A stretch of 5,150 nt of DNA from Amoebophrya sp. A120. Taxonomy: Eukaryota > Protista > Dinoflagellata. The notes under the pieces were generated by a model. The model searched no databases and was not told where the DNA came from. It saw only the letters and a program-made list of their open reading frames with translations. The first letter of the stretch is position 1, and the number at the start of each line of letters is the position of its first letter. Below, piece by piece: positions 1 to 5,150 of the stretch. The stretch spans positions 1-5,150 of the forward strand of contig CAJINV010000124.1 of the NCBI GenBank assembly GCA_905178155.1, read 5' to 3'. The position numbers and the translations under genes are program-made.

Positions 1-530
1 GGCAGGAGGCTCGGAAGCCTCGTTTGGGAAGCCCTGTCGGGGCCAGATACCTCGCGGTGCTGGTTTTTAGCTTGAGAGCAGCTACTCCCCTGCCGGGTCG
101 CGTCTCTACTCCGTGTTACACCAGAGAAGCTTTGCTTCGTCCTCGGTCTCAGTGGGTCGATAGTATAGTTCTGCGCGGGGTTCTTGTCAGCGAGTGTACA
201 AAACCTCCAGCCGGGAGCGCATGGGTCGACAGCTAGAGGCTTGGCACTTAGGGATACGAGGTGGCGGGGCTCGCCGCAGTTCTGTTGGCGTTTGGTTTTG
301 CTAGGGTTGGCCCTGTTGACGGAGGTGAGGATACTTACTCTGTTTCGGATGCGCGTATAGCTCGCATCCCGTTGGGGGCGCGGAGCCAGTGTCTATTCTA
401 TCCTGCCTGTTGGCCGTTTCGATAGATTTTATTTAGGCTGGGGCCTGGATCTTTTTACACATTGGAAGTTTTCCGTTCAGGGGCCCGTAGTACTACCCTC
501 TGCTTCGCTTTGTTGATACTGCGGTCTAGT

Positions 531-613
531 GCATCTCGTTTCGCGGTGGAACTTCCCTGACCTGGGGCATTTCTGTTTTCGGAAGGCTGGCTAGATGCCT
601 CACAGCGCTGGCA
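531..613 (-). pseudogene. Possible C-terminal CCHC zinc-finger relic of ORF2
   Basis: CQRC at 613-602 (within ORF 455..901) and, after one frameshift, HRETRC (H-x4-C) at 548-531. This is the position where LINE ORF2 proteins carry a CCHC motif. Confidence 0.4.
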
Positions 614-1429
614 CCTATCTCGGCGGCTGCCTTTTTCTTTTACTTTTGCGGATTGGCCTTGCAGTCTCATCTGCACCACACCAGGGGAGCTCCGCTCTGT
701 CCTCGGTCTCGCCTTGCTTTGGGAACAGGGGTCGTTTGGCACTGGCGGTACCCAATCCGTTACCCTTGCGAACTTGTTCCCTGGCTGGGGCTGGTGGTTT
801 GGTGTCTCCTTCGTTCGCCCTCTGTTCCCATCGCGGGGCGGGGCCGAGGTTTTGCTTCGTGGATGATGGCCCGCGCCAAAGTTTGTCTGTGGCGCGGGCA
901 TTATTGTCGCGGGAAGGCCCAGCTGGGCTGGGGTTGAGTAAGGTGCGCTATTCGTGGCACCCTTGCGGGGTAGCTGGTCGCACTGGGGGTACGGAACTCG
1001 TCTTCGCGTAGACGTGCGCGGGGGTCTCCCGCTCGCTCGGGCCTAGTGGCTGAGAGGCCTACTAGTGGTTCTGGTTCCCTTTTTTCTCATGATAGGGTTA
1101 GGAGTCACGCCAGGCGCGTGCAACGCCTTGGCTTTTGGGTGCTCGCCTCTGAGTTTTGGATTTTCCTACGAGGACCGTCGGTTTTCTAGCGAGGTCAGCC
1201 CGGGTCGATTTGGATCGACAGCAGTATTTTTCAGCCGATATTCGGATTTCTTTCCTTGCCTTCCGGGAGGGGTTGTTGCAGCCTCACGAACGGATGGGCC
1301 TTGGCCGTAGGAGTAGGGCACTTGTCGATGCTCAGCGTCAGTGAGTTTTCCACAAGCGAAGGTCTGCTCTTTGGTGTTCGTTTGGAGTTTGCCGGACCTG
1401 CAGCGGCTGGGTTTGTTTCGGGTAGCTTG

Positions 1430-1892
1430 CTATTTTCCCACCCAGACAGTCGCTGGGGGCACGTTGGAGGTGCGACGCTATTCTTAGGCTTGGTTAACCG
1501 GTCGGGAAATTTTGGCTTTCTGTGTGCCCTAGGGAGGCTACTTCTTGGAAGTTTCGGATGACCCGCTTGTCTGGTCGAGCCGGCTAGGCTAGGATAGCTA
1601 CGTACCGGGAGTGGTCGAGAAGAGAGGCTGTTTGCGTTGTCCTGACGTTAGTCTGTTTAGTCTGCTACTCTTGGATCGCATGGGATTTGTTGCCATAGTG
1701 GGAAGCTAGCTTGGTGCTTGGCTGTTCTAGTCCGTTCGCGTTAGCGCAGTAGTTTGCCACTTCTCGGGGGGAAATTGCTGCTACTGTTAGGATGCGATGT
1801 GCTCTACAGCTGACCACGCAACACTTGAGCCTGATCGGGAATTCAGGCCGCCCTATTTGAACCTTGTTTAAGCTATTCGTCTCACAATTCAA
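1430..1892 (-). pseudogene. Possible RT subdomain 7/thumb region relic
   Basis: One frame with three stops follows RT dom6: HRILTV (cf. kYLGv) ... SLLDHSRYVAILA*PARPDKRVIRNFQE ... HLQRAPSDCLGG (cf. l..p...GGLG). The resemblance is weak and rests mostly on position. Confidence 0.35.
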
Positions 1893-1937
1893 TAGGTCCC
1901 CCGGGGTTGCCTAGCTCTCTCTCGCTCCCCTTCTAGC

Positions 1938-2920
1938 CTATTTCGCTGCGTTCACGGTTATTGCGATCTGCTCTGCGACGTGGAATGTAGCCCAGGGATT
2001 ATCCATGCTCCTCGACTTTGTGTTTGCCGTGAGAACAGCGCTTGCGTTCTGCTCCGGTGGGAGCCTGGTTTTACTGGTGTAGGGTGCTGCCGCTCGGCTA
2101 CCTCGCGGACGGTTCTCTGGCTCTGCCGCCGGCTACACTTCGCAGTCAATATTTTCAGGCGCGTTTGTTGGCCTTGCTTCCCTAGAGGCGAAAATCGGAT
2201 GTCCCTGGTGGGGCTGCTAAGAGGCGGGGTCTCGGTGCTTATGATTGGGGGGCTGTAGCGCCAGCCTTGAGGCTGCACTGGAACAGGTTTTGATTACCCG
2301 GCGCGTGGCCTTTTCTTGCGTAGTTTTTCTGGAAGGGAACTATAGGCGCCTTTTCCGTGTTTTTAGCTTTTTCGGGGAGGCGGACTGTGGGTCAGCAGCG
2401 ATGTCTCCTTGTCCCGGTTCAGGAGTTTCCCTGCGGTAGCTTCACAGGGGTTTTGGCCCGGATGGTCGCGTCAGTAGGTAATAGTGAGTGCTCGCAGGGG
2501 CGAATGCAAGTTGAGCAATGGAGTCGAGTTGCGGACTCCGGTCGCCGAGGCTTTTTGCGCCATCTCTGAGGTCCTGCCCGGCGGGCGTTGTTCGCCTATG
2601 TGGATATGTAGCGCATGCTACGGGTTTTGTTCTGGAGTTTTACACTGTCCCCCTGGGGTCGACGGTTTCGCTAACGCTATAGGCTATGCTAGGCCGCCCG
2701 GCCGTGCCAGTCATGAGGACGGTGGATTTTGTTTTGCCCGGGGCGCGTGCTCCCTTTAGTATGGCCGCAGTACCCGGGGAACGGGCATCAGATTTTCCCC
2801 AGGTGGGGGCTCTGGTTTTGGGGCCATTTGGCAGTAGCCATCGTTCGGGGGCAAATGGCCACTCGCCTGGTTGTTTGCTGGCAGGCGGCTTTCGGGCCTG
2901 TCTCAAGATGTTCTCTAGCT
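1938..2920 (-). pseudogene. Reverse transcriptase domain relic of LINE ORF2 (subdomains 0-6)
   Basis: Manual translation. Dom0: QLENILRQ..SKQPGEWPFAPERW (KQPG 2876-2865; cf. KsPGpDg). Dom1: AILKGARAPGKTKSTVLM, then frameshift to PIALA (2683-2669; cf. RPIsL). Dom2: QLAFAPAST (QLAF 2513-2502; cf. QxgF). Dom3: NTEKA/YSSLP (2361-2330, frameshift; cf. DxxKAyDs). Dom4: QGHPI/SPL (2207-2183, 1-nt frameshift; cf. QGxPlSP). Dom5-6 in one frame: QNASAVLTANTKSRSMDNPWATFHVAEQIAITVNAAK* (2051-1938; cf. YADDxvl...gl.vNxxK). Dom0 K to RPI is ~63 codons (62 in human L1). Dom3 D to the dom5 D position is ~106 codons (D600-D702 = 102 in L1). Confidence 0.82.
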
Positions 2921-3689
2921 GAGTTGCGGGAGGAGGAAGGGCGCTCGTGCGGGTTTTGGGGGTACCTCGTGGACAGAGGTTCTTCGCTTTCTGAGTCTGT
3001 AGCTAGTTAGGTCCTTCCCCAGGCCGGGAGGACCCGCCTCTTCGTTTCACCAGTCGGGAACCCGGAGCCCTAGTTCGCCTTTGATTCCGCGATTGATTCT
3101 TTTAAATCACGTCCGCTTTCGCTCCCAGGTCTCTTGTTCTTTCTTTCAGATAGATCTCAAGGTCCAGGGCCCCACCGGACGGCGTTTCGGAATTTTGGGG
3201 AATCTGGCCCGGGCAGGGTTGGTTTTTGGAATTGCTTGCTGGCATGGAGGGGCGTTTGCTGCATTGGTTGGTTGCAGAGCATTGGCGTACTCGGGCTTGG
3301 CTCGCTAGTTTCCGGCTGCGCCCGCTAGTGGGGTCTGCTGTTGCTGGGCGGGTCCGTGAGGGACCACTGTTCTGGACGTTGGGCAGGCACTGTGCTTTGT
3401 CTGCTTTGTTGGACCCGCTTCGCCTTTGTCAGAGGGGGCACCTAGGGTCGCGTCTCGACGAGGATTGCTCCTCTGTGGCTGCTTTTCATTTTTCGCTACT
3501 GGACCACATGGGGTATGGTAGTTACTGGTTGCTACTGTGCAGCTTCGCCTTTTGCTTTATTTTCGATACAGGTGTGGAGCTCTTTTCCTGTTCCGCGGTG
3601 GTTTTGTGCCTCTGCATTTCTGCGTAGGTTGGTCTTGCGCGGCTGTTCGCCCGGCACCGGGCCGCGCCCTCCGTAGCGCCTGGGCCAAT

Positions 3690-4223
3690 CGCTGACAGGT
3701 GGTCTGCTTGTGACTTTTGGAGTCCGACCTTGTTGTGCACTGCTGCGATGTTTCCTAGCCCTGTCTCGCCCTCCTTGTGTCATCGCTATCTCTGTATCGC
3801 GGGATTACTACCGGTTTTCTTCTGTGCCGCCGGGCAGTGTTCGTTCGCGCGGGCAGTGCCTCCTGCGTTTGACTTTCGACTGTTATTGTCCATCCTGCCG
3901 CCGCTTGCCGCAATTCCGGCCCGCGGTCTTGTGCTAGCTTGCGCATCGCCATCAGTTTCCTCCGCCCGTGCCGGCGGGCTTTCCCGGGACGGGAGGTGAG
4001 TGGTGTTTTCTCTTGACATTGAAGGACTTCCTTTTTCGCATTTTGGAAGTGGCTTTCGGGCTTGTGTTGTATGTCTTGCCACCTCGCTTGGGTCGAGTGC
4101 TTTCTTTTCCCCGGAGGTATCAATCCCTTCTACGTTTTGCGGCTCGCCACCAGGGGGCGGCGGATCGGCGCTTTCTATACAATGCTCCTTTTGCGGGATT
4201 TTGGTCTTAGAGTGTATCACCAT
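3690..4223 (-). pseudogene. APE-like endonuclease domain relic (N-terminus of LINE ORF2)
   Basis: QNVEGI (NVEGI 4136-4122; cf. NvnGl), EVLQCQEKT (QE 4015-4010), KLM/GDAQA (GD 3950-3945; cf. GDfN), a weak AIQR (cf. iDr, ~3795) and QADHLSAI (ADH 3707-3699; cf. SDH). GD to ADH is 81 codons (84 in L1 EN). ADH lies ~277 codons upstream of RT dom0 (~240 in L1). The QE-to-GD spacing is much too short. Confidence 0.6.
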
Positions 4224-4416
4224 TTGTGTCTATCTTGGTATCGATGGGCTTCCCCTCAGTGGTTTTCCGTGTCGGCTAGGGGCCGTGTTCGAATTTTGTG
4301 CCTTGCGGGCAGTTGTTTCATCAGGTCCAGGGCGCAGAACCTTTCGCGCGGGTTTTTGAAGTTTATCAAGAGGACACTACGTGGGAGTTGGGTGGATCCC
4401 TTCTGGGGAATTGCCT
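4093..4416 (+). repeat. Direct repeat, copy 1 (324 bp)
   Basis: Aligns end to end with 4444-4767 (tcgagtgctttct ... ggtggatcccttctggg..gcct). About 51 mismatches in 320 aligned positions (~84%), plus two compensating 4-nt indels. Confidence 0.97.
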
Positions 4417-5150
4417 ATTGCTTGCTGCTGGAATGTGGGGGGTTCGAGTGCTTTCTGTTCCCCGGAGGTATCCTTTCTACATTTTGCGGCTCGCCACGAG
4501 GGGGTGGTGTATCGGCGCTTTCGCTGCGTTATATCTTGCGCGGGATTTTGGTCTTAGAGTCCATCGTGGTGCGTGTCTATCTTGGTGTCTATGCGTTTCC
4601 CCTCTGGGGTTTTCAGTGTCGGCTAGCGGCCGTGTCCGGGTTTTCTGCCTTGCGGGCATCTGTTTCATCCGGTCCAGGGCGTAGACCCTTTCGCGCGGGT
4701 TTTTGGAGTTTGTTAGTCAACAGGACCCTAAGTGGGAGTAGGGTGGATCCCTTCTGGGAAAGTGCCTCGCTTTTTCGGGATGTAACAGCCACTGATCCGG
4801 GTTGACTTGAAGCTGCTACCGCTTCAAGCATTTTCCGGCATGGAAAGTTCTGCGCTGCGTGCGCTCATTCTAGGCCCGGTTAACGGGGGGCAGGGAAATA
4901 ACGCGGTCTGCGTGCACGTGGTTGCGAGTTTGGGTTGCAGCTGCGCTTGCTTTGCAGGCTGTGTTCAGTCTGCTTTCTGTCTTCCCCTTGGGGGCAAGTG
5001 GGGCTGGGGCTGGCGCTGTTCCCCCCATTCATCCACCGGTGGTGGGGTTCTGGGGGGTCTTGCCCTGGGGGCCAGGTGGTGGTGGAGTGGGCCGCTCCCC
5101 GCTACGGAAGCTGGGCGCGGCCTGCTTGACCCAGCCCCAATAGGCGCGGT
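4207..5150 (-). pseudogene. Possible LINE ORF1 relic (Pro-rich segment plus RRM-like segment), partly duplicated
   Basis: Upstream of the APE relic the minus strand reads GERPTPPPPGPQGK...APAPAPLAPK...RVISLPP, then MLEAVAASSQPGSVAVTSRK, and in the repeat VLLINFKNPRERFCALDLMKQL. The call rests on position and secondary-structure pattern only. Confidence 0.3.
4444..4767 (+). repeat. Direct repeat, copy 2 (324 bp; offset 351 bp; 27-bp unique spacer)
   Basis: Same alignment as copy 1. Shared exact blocks include gcgggattttggtcttagagt, gtgtctatcttggt and cctttcgcgcgggtttttg. Confidence 0.97.

Larger units (their letters stand above)
455..5150 (-). mobile_element. Degenerate non-LTR retrotransposon (LINE, APE-RT type), near full length; both boundaries uncertain
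   Basis: Colinear minus-strand relics of APE, RT subdomains 0-6 and a CxxC...HxxxxC motif, with spacings broadly like L1-type ORF2. The A/C-rich minus strand is typical of a LINE sense strand. No poly(A) tail or target-site duplication is visible. Confidence 0.8.

Noticed and set aside
1700-1765. EVANYCANANGLEQPSTK as RT subdomain 6
   Set aside because: It resembles the motif superficially, but AEQIAITVNAAK (1976-1941) fits better and sits at the correct distance from the YADD position.
1430-2920. Intact gene using a reassigned TAG/TAA genetic code
   Set aside because: Read-through would not repair the frameshifts inside dom1, dom3 and dom4 or the lost catalytic aspartates, and TGA stops also occur nearby.
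1938-2920. Group II intron, retron or LTR-type RT
   Set aside because: The upstream APE relics and the KxPG-type subdomain 0 point to a non-LTR element. I saw no group II domain V, msr/msd inverted repeats, protease or integrase motifs.
4093-4767. Repeat pair as LTRs, a CRISPR array or a DGR template/variable repeat
   Set aside because: The spacer is only 27 bp, with no TG...CA ends or primer-binding site. The units are too long and too few for CRISPR. Mismatches involve all four bases rather than adenines only, and the adjacent RT is LINE-like and dead.
4062-4805. Longest ORF (247 aa, + strand) and the other + strand ORFs
   Set aside because: The A-poor + strand has few stop codons, so ORFs overlap in several frames and give L/G/F/V/C-rich peptides with no recognisable domain. 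They are antisense to the LINE motifs, and the internal similarity simply reflects the DNA repeat.
4806-4828. Hairpin cttgaagc-N7-gcttcaag
   Set aside because: One 8-bp stem with a short loop is close to chance expectation in 5 kb, and there is no supporting context for a terminator.
4990-5091. G-run cluster as a G-quadruplex
   Set aside because: The loops are long or a fourth run is missing. The G runs are adequately explained as the antisense of Pro codons on the minus strand.

Overview
No intact gene is supportable. The + strand is T/G-rich and A-poor, so the many + strand ORFs look like stop-poor artefacts. Read on the minus strand across frameshifts and stops, most of the window is one heavily decayed APE-type non-LTR retrotransposon (LINE). 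In the correct order it shows a possible ORF1 (Pro-rich, RRM-like), APE endonuclease motif relics (~4136-3699), RT subdomain 0-6 relics (~2920-1938), a weak thumb-like segment and a possible C-terminal CCHC zinc finger (613-531). The RT catalytic aspartates are lost. A 324-bp direct repeat (4093-4416 and 4444-4767, ~84% identical by hand alignment) duplicates the apparent ORF1/ORF2 junction. The window is probably eukaryotic, and the host cannot be named. All motif calls come from manual translation, not from a database search.
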